Assembly: GCA_033977065.1 (NCBI GenBank)
Contig: JAXCHI010000003.1
Coordinates: forward strand, 512,001-576,000
Length of the DNA: 64,000 nucleotides
Direction: 5' to 3'
DNA from: Candidatus Algichlamydia australiensis
Lineage (GTDB): Bacteria; Chlamydiota; Chlamydiia; Chlamydiales; JAJFMI01
Position 1 is the first letter of the stretch; every line of letters starts with the position of its first letter. Shown one piece after another: positions 37,206 through 47,919 of this stretch. The notes under the pieces were generated by a model. That model did no database searches. It was not told the origin of the DNA and saw nothing but the letters and a program-made list of their open reading frames with translations. Both the position numbers and the translations under genes were made by a program.

Positions 37206-38138
37206 ATGCGTATCGTATTTTTTGGAACCCCGCCCGTAGCGGCAAGAATTCTCGCTTCATTATTTGAAACAGAGCATGAAATCGTTGCCGTCATCTCTCG
37301 ACCCGATAAACCAAAGGGACGCTCTAAAAAACTTTTGCCTACTCCTGTCAAGCAGTACATTGAAGAGAATCATCCTGAAGTCCCCCTGTATCAGCCAGCA
37401 AAAGTCTCATCGGATGAGAGTGTCTCCCTTATTCGTTCTTATGAACCCGACCTTTTTGTCGTTGTTGCCTACGGCGCTATCCTAAAACAAACTTTACTTG
37501 ATGTGCCTAAACTTCTTCCCATCAATATCCACTTCTCTCTTCTCCCAAAATATCGTGGAGCAGCCCCCATGCAGCGCTCCATAATGGAAGGAGAGAAAGA
37601 GACAGGTGTCACATTCATGGCGATGGACGCTGGAATGGATACAGGTGATATTTTGCAGGTTGAAAAAATTCCTTTAACTCAAAATCAAACATTACAAGAG
37701 CTTGAAGATTCGCTTACCGATCTATCAATTAAAACATTTCCTTTGTTTTTAAAAAATTTAGAAGAAGGAAAAGTTCAACGACAAAAACAAAATTCAAATT
37801 TAGCAACACACGCAGAAAAAATTTCAAAAGAAGATTGTAAAATTGATTTTACTGGCTCAGCACAATCCATTCACAACCAAATTCGGGGTCTAAGTCCCTT
37901 TCCGGGTGCTTATACATTTGTTGAAATTAATGGTAAACAGCTACGCTTAAAGATTTTACGCAGCAGAGTCTCTGAGCAGTCTGGTGCTCCTTCTCAAATA
38001 CTTTCCTACACCCCTGAGGAGTGGATTGTGGGTTGTGGAATGCAAAGTTTGCAAATTTTAGAAGCGCAGCTGGAAGGAAAAAAAACTTTAAAAACACGCG
38101 ACTTTGTTCGTGGAACTTCTTCCTTAATATTCCTTTAA
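37206..38138 (+). CDS. fmt: Methionyl-tRNA formyltransferase
   Basis: MRIVFFGTP, VVAYG, NIHFSLLPKYRGAAP, MDAGMDTGD. Confidence 0.98.
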   Translation: MRIVFFGTPPVAARILASLFETEHEIVAVISRPDKPKGRSKKLLPTPVKQYIEENHPEVPLYQPAKVSSDESVSLIRSYEPDLFVVVAYGAILKQTLLDVPKLLPINIHFSLLPKYRGAAPMQRSIMEGEKETGVTFMAMDAGMDTGDILQVEKIPLTQNQTLQELEDSLTDLSIKTFPLFLKNLEEGKVQRQKQNSNLATHAEKISKEDCKIDFTGSAQSIHNQIRGLSPFPGAYTFVEINGKQLRLKILRSRVSEQSGAPSQILSYTPEEWIVGCGMQSLQILEAQLEGKKTLKTRDFVRGTSSLIFL

Positions 38139-38189
38139 CAATAATTTTCAATCCTCTATAATGTCTGTAAAAAATTATGAGGTTTGGGT

Positions 38190-38972
38190 GTGACGCTATC
38201 TGCAATTTGTTATAATCTTGGAAGTTTTGCCGGCCATATATCTAACTATGTAGGCCCTTTTAGAAGGGATATGGTGAGAATAATCGGTCTTGCGGGCAAG
38301 TGGGCTGAATATGCTGAAACTGGGGATCCAAAAAATTCTAGTCTTGTTAAAAGAGCTAGTCGGGTAGCTAACACGATGGCTATTGGAGAGCTGTTGGCTT
38401 ATATCGCTACGCTAGGTAAAGACCTTAGCCCAGATTGGGATGCAGAAAAGCGGGAGTATAACTGGAGTTTGAGTGCCGAAACCCTCTTGTTTGATGCGGG
38501 CTGTTTCTTCGAGGCTCTTCCCCGTGCTTTTTCAGGAGTGAACTGGCTCCTTGGAAAGGGGTGGAAGATTCCTGGTGGTAAGACTGTGGGAATTGCCGAA
38601 GATGTTGGGGGGCTAGCATTTGCCACAATTTACGGTATACGAGCCTACCGTCAATTTAACAAACCTGAGAAAAGTATTGAGAAAGATGTGTCAGATCTTA
38701 CTAAGAAATTAGGAAAGCAATCTGGTGACACTGTTCATATACTAGTGGATAAAGATCACAAGCAGAAATTAACATCCGCAAGAAAGCTAAAGGCTATTGC
38801 TGGGCTCTTTTTCTCAGGAGCGCTTATTGCTGGGTATGGGCTTTCCCTGCTTACTACATTTAAATTTATCAAACCAGGTATCGAGCCTAAGTTGTGCTCA
38901 TTAGCAAGATCAGCGGTAATTCTGTTTGCAGATCAGCTTAGAAAGTATAATCAACAGTTTGAATTCAAATAG
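38190..38972 (+). CDS. Hypothetical membrane-associated protein
   Basis: 262-aa ORF with hydrophobic/amphipathic segments; GAGG upstream of GTG 38190. Confidence 0.7.
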   Translation: MTLSAICYNLGSFAGHISNYVGPFRRDMVRIIGLAGKWAEYAETGDPKNSSLVKRASRVANTMAIGELLAYIATLGKDLSPDWDAEKREYNWSLSAETLLFDAGCFFEALPRAFSGVNWLLGKGWKIPGGKTVGIAEDVGGLAFATIYGIRAYRQFNKPEKSIEKDVSDLTKKLGKQSGDTVHILVDKDHKQKLTSARKLKAIAGLFFSGALIAGYGLSLLTTFKFIKPGIEPKLCSLARSAVILFADQLRKYNQQFEFK

Positions 38973-38982
38973 GAGAAGAATT

Positions 38983-39837
38983 TTGGCGGAAGCAATTGAA
39001 CAAAGAAATATTTTTGAAAAAAGTCTTGATCTGTGTGAAGCTACGGTAGGAGGGTCTAATCCACACAGTAAGTTAGCGAATTTAGTACAAAAGTCAGCAA
39101 TATCTGCAAACTATCTTGGATTCGATCCCGATGGGGCAACTTCTGCGTTTTTAAATGTTAGCTCAATGGCTAAAGTATTTATGTCGCCCTTTCTTTCGGC
39201 ACGACATGTAGCTCTTTTTTGTAAGGAGATTTTTGCGTTTCTTAAAGTTGCTGGGGAATATTTTTCTGGAGAAACAGTCACAGGCGAGGATGGAGTCAAG
39301 CGTAAAAAACACACTTTTGAGTCACTTGTCATAGGTAAGAGTAGAGAGACTCTCACAGCAAAAAAGGTGATTAATGTTGCAGGTAAATTAACTCCAGTAA
39401 AAGACGCTTACAATGAACATCAGTCGCTTATGTCTATTGTTCTTCGTCTATCAAAGTGTATGCAAAAGCTGCAGGATTTTGCAGGCATAGTGTATTACTC
39501 AAACATGTCAGGTGGCCCTTTTGTCTCAAATGCTGCTTTGGGTAAGTTCAATAAAGCGAAGTCCATTTCTCAGGTATTCGAATATACAATCGGACTATAT
39601 TGGGATCGAAAGATGATTAGAGATGGCCATAAAGAGGCGAGTTATTTTGATGCAGCTGGTAGCTTCTCTGCCGTTGCAGCTAGTGGGGTCTCTTCGTTTA
39701 GCTTTATCTTCTTAGATAAAAAGAGTAGTCTGGCGAATAAGCTCCAAGGGGCTGTCTGCTTTTTTGCTGTTATGGCGGCGGTAATCCCATTTGCAAAAGA
39801 CTTTTGGAATATGGACAATCCTCCCAAAAAGAAGTGA
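38983..39837 (+). CDS. Hypothetical membrane-associated protein
   Basis: AGGAGA RBS before TTG 38983; C-terminal paired hydrophobic segments. Confidence 0.7.
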   Translation: MAEAIEQRNIFEKSLDLCEATVGGSNPHSKLANLVQKSAISANYLGFDPDGATSAFLNVSSMAKVFMSPFLSARHVALFCKEIFAFLKVAGEYFSGETVTGEDGVKRKKHTFESLVIGKSRETLTAKKVINVAGKLTPVKDAYNEHQSLMSIVLRLSKCMQKLQDFAGIVYYSNMSGGPFVSNAALGKFNKAKSISQVFEYTIGLYWDRKMIRDGHKEASYFDAAGSFSAVAASGVSSFSFIFLDKKSSLANKLQGAVCFFAVMAAVIPFAKDFWNMDNPPKKK

Positions 39838-39892
39838 GCAAAAATCCACTAAAACAGTATGAGTGGTGGATCGTAATGATTCTCTTAGGGAC

Positions 39893-39922
39893 AATGACCG
39901 CAATTGCGGTCATTTCTTTTTT
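39893..39922 (+). terminator. Intrinsic terminator
   Basis: AATGACCGC-AATT-GCGGTCATT followed by TCTTTTTT. Confidence 0.75.
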
Positions 39923-39961
39923 GTCCTCAAAGGCTTACAAAATAAAAATCACAGAGATTGC

Positions 39962-39990
39962 TGGACCTGAAAGTTAAGGCGTGCTATAGT
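39962..39990 (+). promoter_or_regulatory. Promoter of the ribosomal protein operon
   Basis: TGGACC-17 nt-TATAGT with extended -10 TG. Confidence 0.55.
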
Positions 39991-40240
39991 GGTCGTTCCG
40001 AAGGGTGTAACGAGCCCTTTCTCACGGCAGAAAATTTGGAAAGAAGAAAAATACAAAATTTCTTTCGTCTATTTTTTTAAAACAAAATTTTAATTTAACT
40101 CAGGCAAGTTAGTTTGGCGAAGTTTATCCCGATTGCTTGTCTAAAATTGTGTAAGTTGTTATGCTTTCGCAATAGGCTCTCGATAAGAGCAGTAGAAAAC
40201 ACCGACCGCGAAAGCTGGTTCGTTTTGAATAGAGGCAAAT

Positions 40241-40912
40241 ATGACCTTCATAAAAGGTAGAAAAAGTTTTAAGTTGTTAGGCCGCAAATTGGGCATGACA
40301 AAAGTGTTTGATGAGACAGGTGGTCTCATTCCATGCACTGTTATCCGCATTGAGCCCAATGTTGTGATCCAAAAGAAAGAGAAAGCAAGCGATGGATACG
40401 ACGCTGTTCAAGTTGGCGCATTTTCGCTAAATAAGTCTCAAAAAAAGAATATGGCAAAACCTGTTGCCGGACATTTCGCTGCTGCTAAGCAGGAGCAAAA
40501 AAAACTTTTAAAAGAGTTTCACGTAGAAGACCTTTCTCAATACGAAGTCGGCCAAGAGCTCTCTGTCGCTCTTTTTCAAGATGTGACACATGTTGATGTT
40601 GTGGGCACGTCTAAAGGTAAAGGTTTCCAGGGAGTAATGAAGCGTCACGGATTTAAAGGTGGACGCGCTTCTCACGGTTCAGGAAATCACCGTGAGATGG
40701 GATCTACTGGTATGTGCTCTTATCCTGGTCGCACTTTCAAAAAGAAGAAGATGCCTGGCCACATGGGTGATGTGCGCGTTACAATGGAAGGCTTAAAAGT
40801 TGTCAAGTGTGACGAGGAGCGCGGCTTGCTAATTGTAAAAGGGGCTGTTCCTGGATCAAATGGTGGCACTGTCTACGTTCGTAAGGCTCTGAAGAGGTAC
40901 AACAATGGCTAA
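40241..40912 (+). CDS. rplC: 50S ribosomal protein L3
   Basis: GRKLGMT, GYDAVQVG, SKGKGFQGVMKRH, KMPGHMG. Confidence 0.99.
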   Translation: MTFIKGRKSFKLLGRKLGMTKVFDETGGLIPCTVIRIEPNVVIQKKEKASDGYDAVQVGAFSLNKSQKKNMAKPVAGHFAAAKQEQKKLLKEFHVEDLSQYEVGQELSVALFQDVTHVDVVGTSKGKGFQGVMKRHGFKGGRASHGSGNHREMGSTGMCSYPGRTFKKKKMPGHMGDVRVTMEGLKVVKCDEERGLLIVKGAVPGSNGGTVYVRKALKRYNNG

Positions 40913-41546
40913 TCTAAAAAAATACGATATTGATGGAAAAGAGGTAGGAGAGGTTGAAGTTAAGGACGCACTTCTCGAGACAGCCCTCTCTTCACAGACA
41001 ATCAAAAACTATCTTGTTGCTCTACGCAACAACACTAGACAGTGGTCTGCAAACACTAAAGGCAAAGCGGAAGTTAAGCACTCAAATGCAAAGCCTCGCC
41101 CTCAAAAGGGGACAGGTAATGCGCGTCAAGGTAGCTTAGCCTCCCCGCAATTTCGTGGTGGTGGAATTGTTCACGGTCCAAAGCCAAAAAAAGAGCTGCA
41201 ATTCAAAGTCAATCGTAAAGAGAAGAAAGCGGTCATTCGCGCTCTTCTTGCAGAAAAGGTCAAAGAGGGAAAGATCCGCCTTCTTGTAACAGAAGAGATC
41301 AAGACTCCAAAAACCAAACCAATGGTTGACTTCATGAGAGCTCTCCAAATTCACGGAAAACGCTCTCTATTTTTAACAGGAACGGAAGGGAAAAACTTTC
41401 CTCTAAGTATCCGCAATATTCCTAGAACTGAGTTCACTCCAGTTGGAGCTCTGAATGGACACGACGTAGCACTCTCGCAAGAGATCGTTGTCACAGAATC
41501 AGCTTTGGATGGTCTACTACGAGCATTGGGAGGCGACAATGAGTAA
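40905..41546 (+). CDS. rplD: 50S ribosomal protein L4
   Basis: KPRPQKGTGNARQG, GGGIVHGPKP. Confidence 0.98.
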   Translation: MANLKKYDIDGKEVGEVEVKDALLETALSSQTIKNYLVALRNNTRQWSANTKGKAEVKHSNAKPRPQKGTGNARQGSLASPQFRGGGIVHGPKPKKELQFKVNRKEKKAVIRALLAEKVKEGKIRLLVTEEIKTPKTKPMVDFMRALQIHGKRSLFLTGTEGKNFPLSIRNIPRTEFTPVGALNGHDVALSQEIVVTESALDGLLRALGGDNE

Positions 41547-41877
41547 AAGAGATCCTTATCAAATTATTAAATCACGTTACATCACTGAAAAAGCAACTAT
41601 CCTAGAAGGTCTAGAAAAAGCAGAGAGCAACCCTTCAACAAAGCGTTGCAATCAGCCTAAAGTTGTTTTCCATGTTGATGTTAACGCAAATAAACAAGAA
41701 ATTCGAAGAGCGGTCGAAGAGATCTATCGCGAAGAAGGCGTCAAAGTAACGGATGTAAATACAATTCTTTTGAAGCCAAAAGCAAAGCGTGTTCGAGGTA
41801 GACCTGGAAAGACGATTCGAAAGAAAAAAGCTATTGTCACTCTTAGAGCGGGAGATCGCATCGGAGGAAGGAACTAA
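41539..41877 (+). CDS. rplW: 50S ribosomal protein L23
   Basis: [23 protein letters not shown]. Confidence 0.97.
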   Translation: MSKRDPYQIIKSRYITEKATILEGLEKAESNPSTKRCNQPKVVFHVDVNANKQEIRRAVEEIYREEGVKVTDVNTILLKPKAKRVRGRPGKTIRKKKAIVTLRAGDRIGGRN

Positions 41878-41879
41878 CA

Positions 41880-42722
41880 ATGGTTAAGAAGTTTAAACCG
41901 ACAACTCCAGGACAGCGTAGACTGATCCTGCCGAGCAACGAAGAGCTAACACGTGTTGGAAAAACCCGTAAGACGGTTAAACCGACAAAAACTCTTCTTT
42001 TGAAGAAAAGACGCGGAAGCGGGCGCAACCACCATGGCCACATCACATGTCGCCACAAGGGTGGAGGCCATAAGCAGCACTACCGCATTATCGATTTTAA
42101 GAGAGATAAAGATGGCATTGATGCAAAGATCGCCTCTGTTGAGTACGATCCAAACCGCTCTTGCCACATCGCTCTTCTCCACTACTTAGACGGAGAAAAG
42201 CGCTACATTTTGGCTCCGCAAGGTGTAAAAGTTGGCCAAATGGTCAAGTCAGGCAAAGAGGCAAATTTCAAGCCAGGTTGTGCAATGGAGTTGCGCGACA
42301 TGCCTGTGGGCTCTGTTGTCCACAACATTGAAATGCGCCCTGGCGGAGGAGGAAAACTTGTCCGCTCTGCTGGACTCTCTGCACAATATCTTGCTCGCAG
42401 CGGAGGCTATGCCACTTTGAAGATGCCATCAGGCGAAACACGTCTTGTAAATGAGAAGTGTCGCGCTACATTTGGGGCCCTCTCAAATGCAGAGCATGCT
42501 CTTCGTATTGAAGGGAAAGCGGGCCGCAATCGTTGGAAGGGAAAGAGACCAACTGTTCGTGGAACTGCCATGAACCCGGTTGATCACCCGCACGGTGGTG
42601 GTGAAGGTCGCCAAAACAGTTACATTCCGCAGACGCCTTGGGCAAAACAGACCAAGGGTATGAAGACGCGTCGTAAGAAGAAAACGAAAAAGTGGATCGT
42701 AAAAGATCGTAGGAAGAAATAA
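41880..42722 (+). CDS. rplB: 50S ribosomal protein L2
   Basis: [25 protein letters not shown]. Confidence 0.99.
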   Translation: MVKKFKPTTPGQRRLILPSNEELTRVGKTRKTVKPTKTLLLKKRRGSGRNHHGHITCRHKGGGHKQHYRIIDFKRDKDGIDAKIASVEYDPNRSCHIALLHYLDGEKRYILAPQGVKVGQMVKSGKEANFKPGCAMELRDMPVGSVVHNIEMRPGGGGKLVRSAGLSAQYLARSGGYATLKMPSGETRLVNEKCRATFGALSNAEHALRIEGKAGRNRWKGKRPTVRGTAMNPVDHPHGGGEGRQNSYIPQTPWAKQTKGMKTRRKKKTKKWIVKDRRKK

Positions 42723-42724
42723 TT

Positions 42725-42979
42725 ATGGGTAGAAGATCACTAAGAAAAGGTCCTTTTGTTGACCACCATCTTCTGGAAAAAGTGAAAAAGAAGACAGGTC
42801 GTCCAATTCGCACATGGTCAAGACGTTCAATGATCATGCCAGAAATGGTAGGAGAGACGTTTGAAGTACACAACGGTCGTAAATTTATTACTGTCTACGT
42901 ATCGGAAAACATGGTGGGTCATAAGCTAGGAGAGTTTTCTCCAACTAGACTCTACAAAGGTCACACGCAGAAAAAGTAG
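42725..42979 (+). CDS. rpsS: 30S ribosomal protein S19
   Basis: [21 protein letters not shown]. Confidence 0.99.
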   Translation: MGRRSLRKGPFVDHHLLEKVKKKTGRPIRTWSRRSMIMPEMVGETFEVHNGRKFITVYVSENMVGHKLGEFSPTRLYKGHTQKK

Positions 42980-42990
42980 GATAAGATTCG

Positions 42991-43329
42991 ATGAGAGAAG
43001 CGTTAGCAAAAACAAAATATGTAAGAATCAGTCCGCGCAAGGCGCGCCTTGCTGCTGGACTTATCCGAAGCAAAAAAGTTCAAGAAGCTAAAAACCAGCT
43101 TACTTTTGCTGGTTCTAAAGCAGGAAGACTTTTAATGAAGACACTTGATAGTGCTATTGCAAATGCAGAGACACTATTCGAACTTTCAAGAGAAGAGCTA
43201 GTTGTTCGTGAGGTACGTATTGATTGCGGCCCCACTATGAAAAGAGCGAAATCAAAGTGCCGCGGTGGACGTACACCGATTAATAAAAGAACAAGCCACT
43301 TCACTGTTGTCGTAGGACCGAAGGAGTAA
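42991..43329 (+). CDS. rplV: 50S ribosomal protein L22
   Basis: [25 protein letters not shown]. Confidence 0.98.
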   Translation: MREALAKTKYVRISPRKARLAAGLIRSKKVQEAKNQLTFAGSKAGRLLMKTLDSAIANAETLFELSREELVVREVRIDCGPTMKRAKSKCRGGRTPINKRTSHFTVVVGPKE

Positions 43330-43337
43330 GGAAGAGA

Positions 43338-43961
43338 ATGGGACAAAAAACATCTCCAATAGCATTTAGACTCAAAGAGAAAAAAGGATTTAGCTCTTTC
43401 TGGTTTGCAACAAAACACGAGTACGGAGCCCTCATTGGTGAAGATGAGAGAATCCGTAGATATTTAAGAAAGAGATCCTCATGCCAGGCAGCATCTAAAT
43501 TTTTGATCCGCCGCATGAGCGGAAAAGTTGAAGTCACGATCTTCACAGCTCGTCCCGGTCTTGTGATCGGAAAAAAGGGAGCTGAGATCGATCTTCTTAA
43601 AAAAGGACTCGCGAAACTTACAGGCAAAGATGTTTGGATTGAAGTGCAAGAGGTCAAGAGACCTGATCGCAATGCGAAACTTGTTGCTGAAAACATCGCC
43701 TTCCAGCTAAAACGCAGAGCTTCGTTCAGAAGGGCCTTGAAAAAAGCTCTTCAACAAGCGATTGATGCAGGCGCAGAAGGAATCCGTGTGCAAGTTTCAG
43801 GACGTATCGGTGGTGCAGAGATTGCGCGTACCGAGTGGTACAAAGAAAAACGAATTCCTCTCCACACGATCCGCGCCGATATTGATTACGGCACAGCACG
43901 TGCGGAAACGACTTATGGCGCGATTGGCGTAAAAGTCTGGATTAACAACGGGGAACAGTAA
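43338..43961 (+). CDS. rpsC: 30S ribosomal protein S3
   Basis: MGQK, RPGLVIGKKG, GRIGGAEIAR, PLHTIRADIDY. Confidence 0.99.
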   Translation: MGQKTSPIAFRLKEKKGFSSFWFATKHEYGALIGEDERIRRYLRKRSSCQAASKFLIRRMSGKVEVTIFTARPGLVIGKKGAEIDLLKKGLAKLTGKDVWIEVQEVKRPDRNAKLVAENIAFQLKRRASFRRALKKALQQAIDAGAEGIRVQVSGRIGGAEIARTEWYKEKRIPLHTIRADIDYGTARAETTYGAIGVKVWINNGEQ

Positions 43962-43964
43962 GAG

Positions 43965-44384
43965 ATGAAAATTCCGAACAAAGTTAAATATCGAAAGCAG
44001 CAGAAAGGTTCTCTAAGAGGAGTTTCAAAAGGTGCCCAGTTCGTAGACTTTGGCGATTTTGGCATGCAAGCTTTAGGACGTGGACGTGTTACTGCACAGC
44101 AAATCGAAGCGTGCCGTGTTGCGATTAATCGCTTCTTAAGCAGAAAGGGTAAAGTTTGGATTCGCATTTTTCCAGACAAACCCGTTTCAAAGAAGCCAGC
44201 AGAGACGCGTATGGGTAAAGGTAAAGGCGCTCCCGACCATTGGGTAGCTCAAATTAAACCGGGACGCATCCTCTTTGAAGTAGGGGGAGATATTACAAAA
44301 GAAGCGGCGCAGCAAGCTTTGGTTAGAGCAGCTGCTAAGCTTCCAATTAAAACGAGATTTGTTTCTCGATTGGAGCAGGTGTAG
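43965..44384 (+). CDS. rplP: 50S ribosomal protein L16
   Basis: [18 protein letters not shown]. Confidence 0.99.
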   Translation: MKIPNKVKYRKQQKGSLRGVSKGAQFVDFGDFGMQALGRGRVTAQQIEACRVAINRFLSRKGKVWIRIFPDKPVSKKPAETRMGKGKGAPDHWVAQIKPGRILFEVGGDITKEAAQQALVRAAAKLPIKTRFVSRLEQV

Positions 44385-44389
44385 AAGCT

Positions 44390-44599
44390 ATGCAGAAGAT
44401 GGAAGAATTATTAGCACAATCGGAAGAAGAGTTAGTCTTAGCGGCCTCTGATCTGAGTCGAGAATTATTTAAACTCCGTACAGAACTTGCGGAAGAGAAA
44501 AAACTATCACAACCTCACTTAGTTGGGGCAAAACGCCGCGAGCGCGCAAGAGTATTGACGGCTCTGCAGCAGAAGAAAGCAGCAAGGAGCAAATCATGA
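44390..44599 (+). CDS. rpmC: 50S ribosomal protein L29
   Basis: ELFKLR...PH...RRERARVLT; operon position. Confidence 0.93.
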   Translation: MQKMEELLAQSEEELVLAASDLSRELFKLRTELAEEKKLSQPHLVGAKRRERARVLTALQQKKAARSKS

Positions 44600-44844
44600 A
44601 AGAGCGAGCTCATAGAAAAGAGCGAGTCGGTGTTGTTGTATCAGACAAGATGAACAAGACTGTTGTCGTAAAAGTTGGCCGCAAAAAGCCCCACCCACAA
44701 TATCAGAAAATTGTTGTTTATAACAAAAAATACTATGCTCATTGCGAAAATCCTGATGTGAAAGTGGGAACAACTGTCAAAATTATGGAGACACGACCTC
44801 TCTCAAAACTAAAGAGATGGCGTGTGACTGAGGTACTAGCATGA
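44596..44844 (+). CDS. rpsQ: 30S ribosomal protein S17
   Basis: [22 protein letters not shown]. Confidence 0.99.
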   Translation: MKERAHRKERVGVVVSDKMNKTVVVKVGRKKPHPQYQKIVVYNKKYYAHCENPDVKVGTTVKIMETRPLSKLKRWRVTEVLA

Positions 44845-45209
44845 TTCAAGAAGAAACGGATTTAGAAGTTGCAGATAACACAGGCGCAAAGCGAGTGCGC
44901 TGCTTTCGTATCCCTAAGGGATCAAAGCGTCGCTATGCTCACGTTGGTGATGTGATTGTTTGCTCAGTAAAAGAGTCTGATCCAAAGGCGAGTGTGAAGA
45001 AAGGCGATGTTGTGAAGGCAGTAGTTGTAAGAACACGAGCTCGTATTGGAAGAAAGGACGGTTCCAAACTGAAGTTTTTCGACAATAGTTGTGTGATCAT
45101 TGATGAGAAGCAAAACCCAAAGGGATCTCGTATTTTTGGACCTGTAGCGCGTGAAGTTCGTGAAGCGGGTTTTGTGAAAATTTGTTCTCTTGCACCGGAG
45201 GTTATCTAA
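44841..45209 (+). CDS. rplN: 50S ribosomal protein L14
   Basis: [24 protein letters not shown]. Confidence 0.99.
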   Translation: MIQEETDLEVADNTGAKRVRCFRIPKGSKRRYAHVGDVIVCSVKESDPKASVKKGDVVKAVVVRTRARIGRKDGSKLKFFDNSCVIIDEKQNPKGSRIFGPVAREVREAGFVKICSLAPEVI

Positions 45210-45213
45210 AATC

Positions 45214-45540
45214 ATGAGTAAGTGGATTAAAACAGATGACAAGGTTCTTGTTAGATCGGGAAACGACAAAGGTCGTATAGGAAAAGTTTTAGCACGCAAC
45301 AAGACTCGTATTGTTGTTCAGGGTGTAAACGTTCGTAAAAAGCACATGCGCAAAAGAGACCAGAAGTCTGGTGGTGAGATCATTGAAGTTGAGCGTCCGA
45401 TTCATATTTCAAATGTCTCCTTTTGTAGCAAGAGCGACAAACCTGTGCGAATTAAAGTTAAACAGAAAGAGAATGGTACGAAGGATCTCTACTACCTAGA
45501 GGGTGGAAAAGAGGTCGTGATCCGTACTGTGGGAAAGTAA
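45214..45540 (+). CDS. rplX: 50S ribosomal protein L24
   Basis: [19 protein letters not shown]. Confidence 0.97.
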   Translation: MSKWIKTDDKVLVRSGNDKGRIGKVLARNKTRIVVQGVNVRKKHMRKRDQKSGGEIIEVERPIHISNVSFCSKSDKPVRIKVKQKENGTKDLYYLEGGKEVVIRTVGK

Positions 45541-45541
45541 A

Positions 45542-46090
45542 ATGGCTGAATCACGAATAAAGAAAAAATACAATGAAGAGGTTAAGACCAAGCTTCAAGA
45601 GAAGTTTGGATACAAAAACCCGATGCTGATTCCGAAGCTTAAAAAGATCGTGATTAGTATGGGCGTTGCAGAAGCCTCAAAAGACAAAAATGCCATGCAG
45701 CAGATTGAAAAAGAGCTTGCACTCTTATCAGGGCAAATTCCTATTAAACGTGTTGCTAAAAAATCAGTTGCTAATTTCAAGTTGCGTGAAGGACAAGTGA
45801 TCGGATTTAAACTGACACTTCGAGGCAATAGAATGTGGGACTTTTTTGATCGATTTACCAATATTGTAAGTCCTCGTATTCGTGACTTTAGAGGGTTTCC
45901 TCGCAAGTGCGATGGGAGTGGAAACTATTCACTAGGAATTGACGATCAACAAGTATTTCCCGAATTGAATTTGGACGATGTTGTCAAAGTGCAGGGGATG
46001 AATATTACCTTTGTCACAAGTAGCAGCACTGATGACGAGTGTCGTGAGTTATTAACCCATCTCGGAATGCCTTACAAGAAAGCGAGTTAA
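45542..46090 (+). CDS. rplE: 50S ribosomal protein L5
   Basis: [28 protein letters not shown]. Confidence 0.99.
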   Translation: MAESRIKKKYNEEVKTKLQEKFGYKNPMLIPKLKKIVISMGVAEASKDKNAMQQIEKELALLSGQIPIKRVAKKSVANFKLREGQVIGFKLTLRGNRMWDFFDRFTNIVSPRIRDFRGFPRKCDGSGNYSLGIDDQQVFPELNLDDVVKVQGMNITFVTSSSTDDECRELLTHLGMPYKKAS

Positions 46091-46102
46091 CGGAGTATAA
46101 AT

Positions 46103-46486
46103 ATGGATCCTATAGCAGAATTTTTAACACGAGTGCGAAATGCCAAAAATGCAAGGCATCGTCACCTCGAGATTCGCTTTAGCAAGATGAAAGAACAGAT
46201 TGCAAAGAACTTAAAAGAGAAAGGCTTCATTGATAGCTATCTTGTAAATGAGAAGCAGGGTCTCATGCGTGTTTTCCTAAAGTATGGGAAAGATCGCGAG
46301 CCGGCAATTCAAGGATTGATGCGTATTTCAAGACCTGGTTGTCGCAAATATGTTGATGCAGATAGCATTCCAACCGTTATGGGTGGGATCGGATCTGTAA
46401 TCCTCTCTACGCCAAAGGGAGTGATTGATGGTGAAACGGCTAAAAAGGAGCGAGTCGGCGGAGAGCTCCTCTGCAAAGTCTGGTAA
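46103..46486 (+). CDS. rpsH: 30S ribosomal protein S8
   Basis: DPIAEFLTRVRNA, RISRPG, STPKG, GGELLC. Confidence 0.99.
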   Translation: MDPIAEFLTRVRNAKNARHRHLEIRFSKMKEQIAKNLKEKGFIDSYLVNEKQGLMRVFLKYGKDREPAIQGLMRISRPGCRKYVDADSIPTVMGGIGSVILSTPKGVIDGETAKKERVGGELLCKVW

Positions 46487-46493
46487 TTAAGAT

Positions 46494-47033
46494 ATGTCAA
46501 GATTAGGAAAACGACCCATTCCTCTACCACAAGGTGTAGAGATTAAAAGAGAAAAGAGCAAACTTTCTGTGAAAGGCAAGCTTGGCAACTTAGAACTTGA
46601 CGTTCCTGAAGGAATAGAAGTGACCGTTGCGGATGGTAGCATTGTTGTTGAGCTGAAAGAAGGAAAATTACCTGGGCCTATGCATGGACTCTACCGCTCT
46701 TTGATTCAAAATGCAGTTACTGGAACAAGCCAAGGCTTCACAAAAGAGCTGACGCTCATTGGTGTTGGATTTAAAGCTGCTGTGAAGGGAGAGGTATTGG
46801 ATGTAGCTGTTGGCTTTTCCCATCCCTGCCAAGTCACGATTCCTAAAGGAGTCACAGTAAAAGTTGAAAAAAATACAAGCATTCTCATTTCAGGTGTAGA
46901 CAAACAAGTCGTTGGCCAGTTTGCCTCCGATGTGCGCGCACTGCGTAAACCAGAACCCTATAAAGGTAAAGGAATTCGTTACAAAGACGAGTACGTCAGA
47001 AAGAAAGCGGGTAAGGCTGCAAAAGGTAAATAA
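46494..47033 (+). CDS. rplF: 50S ribosomal protein L6
   Basis: MSRLGKRPI, GFSHP, PEPYKGKGIRY. Confidence 0.99.
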   Translation: MSRLGKRPIPLPQGVEIKREKSKLSVKGKLGNLELDVPEGIEVTVADGSIVVELKEGKLPGPMHGLYRSLIQNAVTGTSQGFTKELTLIGVGFKAAVKGEVLDVAVGFSHPCQVTIPKGVTVKVEKNTSILISGVDKQVVGQFASDVRALRKPEPYKGKGIRYKDEYVRKKAGKAAKGK

Positions 47034-47037
47034 GAAA

Positions 47038-47409
47038 ATGGATTTAGAACTAATTAAGCGAAACAAGAAGAGAAAAAAGCGCGCCCTTCGCAATCATAAG
47101 CGCGTGCGAGGAAGTAGTGCTCGTCCAAGGCTTTCTGTCTTCAAAAGTAACTCACACATTGGAGCTCAAATTATTGATGACGAGAACCAGTGTACGCTCG
47201 TGAGTTTTAGCACCCTTTCCAAAGAAGTAAAGGGAACAGAAAATGCGAAAAAAAGTATGAGCTCAGCCCAATTTGTAGGGGAGAAGCTCGGCACTCTTGC
47301 AAAAGAAAAAGAGATCACTACCGTTGTCTTTGATCGCGGACGTTTTAAATATCACGGATTGCTAAAAGAGCTCGCTGATGGAGCTCGCAAAGCAGGATTG
47401 CAATTTTAA
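47038..47409 (+). CDS. rplR: 50S ribosomal protein L18
   Basis: RPRLSVFKS, VVFDRGRFKYHG, ARKAGLQF. Confidence 0.98.
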   Translation: MDLELIKRNKKRKKRALRNHKRVRGSSARPRLSVFKSNSHIGAQIIDDENQCTLVSFSTLSKEVKGTENAKKSMSSAQFVGEKLGTLAKEKEITTVVFDRGRFKYHGLLKELADGARKAGLQF

Positions 47410-47418
47410 GGAACTCTC

Positions 47419-47919
47419 ATGGCGAAAAAACAGAAAAGAGAAAAAGAAATTCAAGAAAGTGATCTTCAAGAGAAAGTCCTTTTTATCAACCGCTGCTCAA
47501 AAGTCGTAAAGGGTGGGCGTAAATTTAGTTTTTCAGCTCTAGTCCTTGTAGGGGATGGAAATGGACGCATTGGCCTTGGCTTTGCTAAAGCTAACGAAGT
47601 TGCTGACTGCATCAAAAAAGCAGGACAAGCAGCTCGCAAGGAGATGGTCACATTTGAGATGGACGGAACCACAATCCCTCACGAAATTCGTGTTCAGTGG
47701 GATGGAGCTGTTGTCATGCTAAAGCCTGCAAAGCCTGGTACAGGAATTATTGCAGGTTCAAAAACACGTTCGGTACTTGAAGTCGGTGGTCTAAAAGATG
47801 TGATTGCAAAGAGCCTTGGTTCTAACAATCCCATTAACCTTGCAAGAGCAACGGTCAAAGGCCTTCTGCAATTGAAAAATAAAGAACAGATACTAGCTGC
47901 TAGAGGAAAAACATCATGA
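47419..47919 (+). CDS. rpsE: 30S ribosomal protein S5
   Basis: KVVKGGRKFSFSALV, PGTGIIAG, SLGSNNPIN. Confidence 0.99.
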   Translation: MAKKQKREKEIQESDLQEKVLFINRCSKVVKGGRKFSFSALVLVGDGNGRIGLGFAKANEVADCIKKAGQAARKEMVTFEMDGTTIPHEIRVQWDGAVVMLKPAKPGTGIIAGSKTRSVLEVGGLKDVIAKSLGSNNPINLARATVKGLLQLKNKEQILAARGKTS

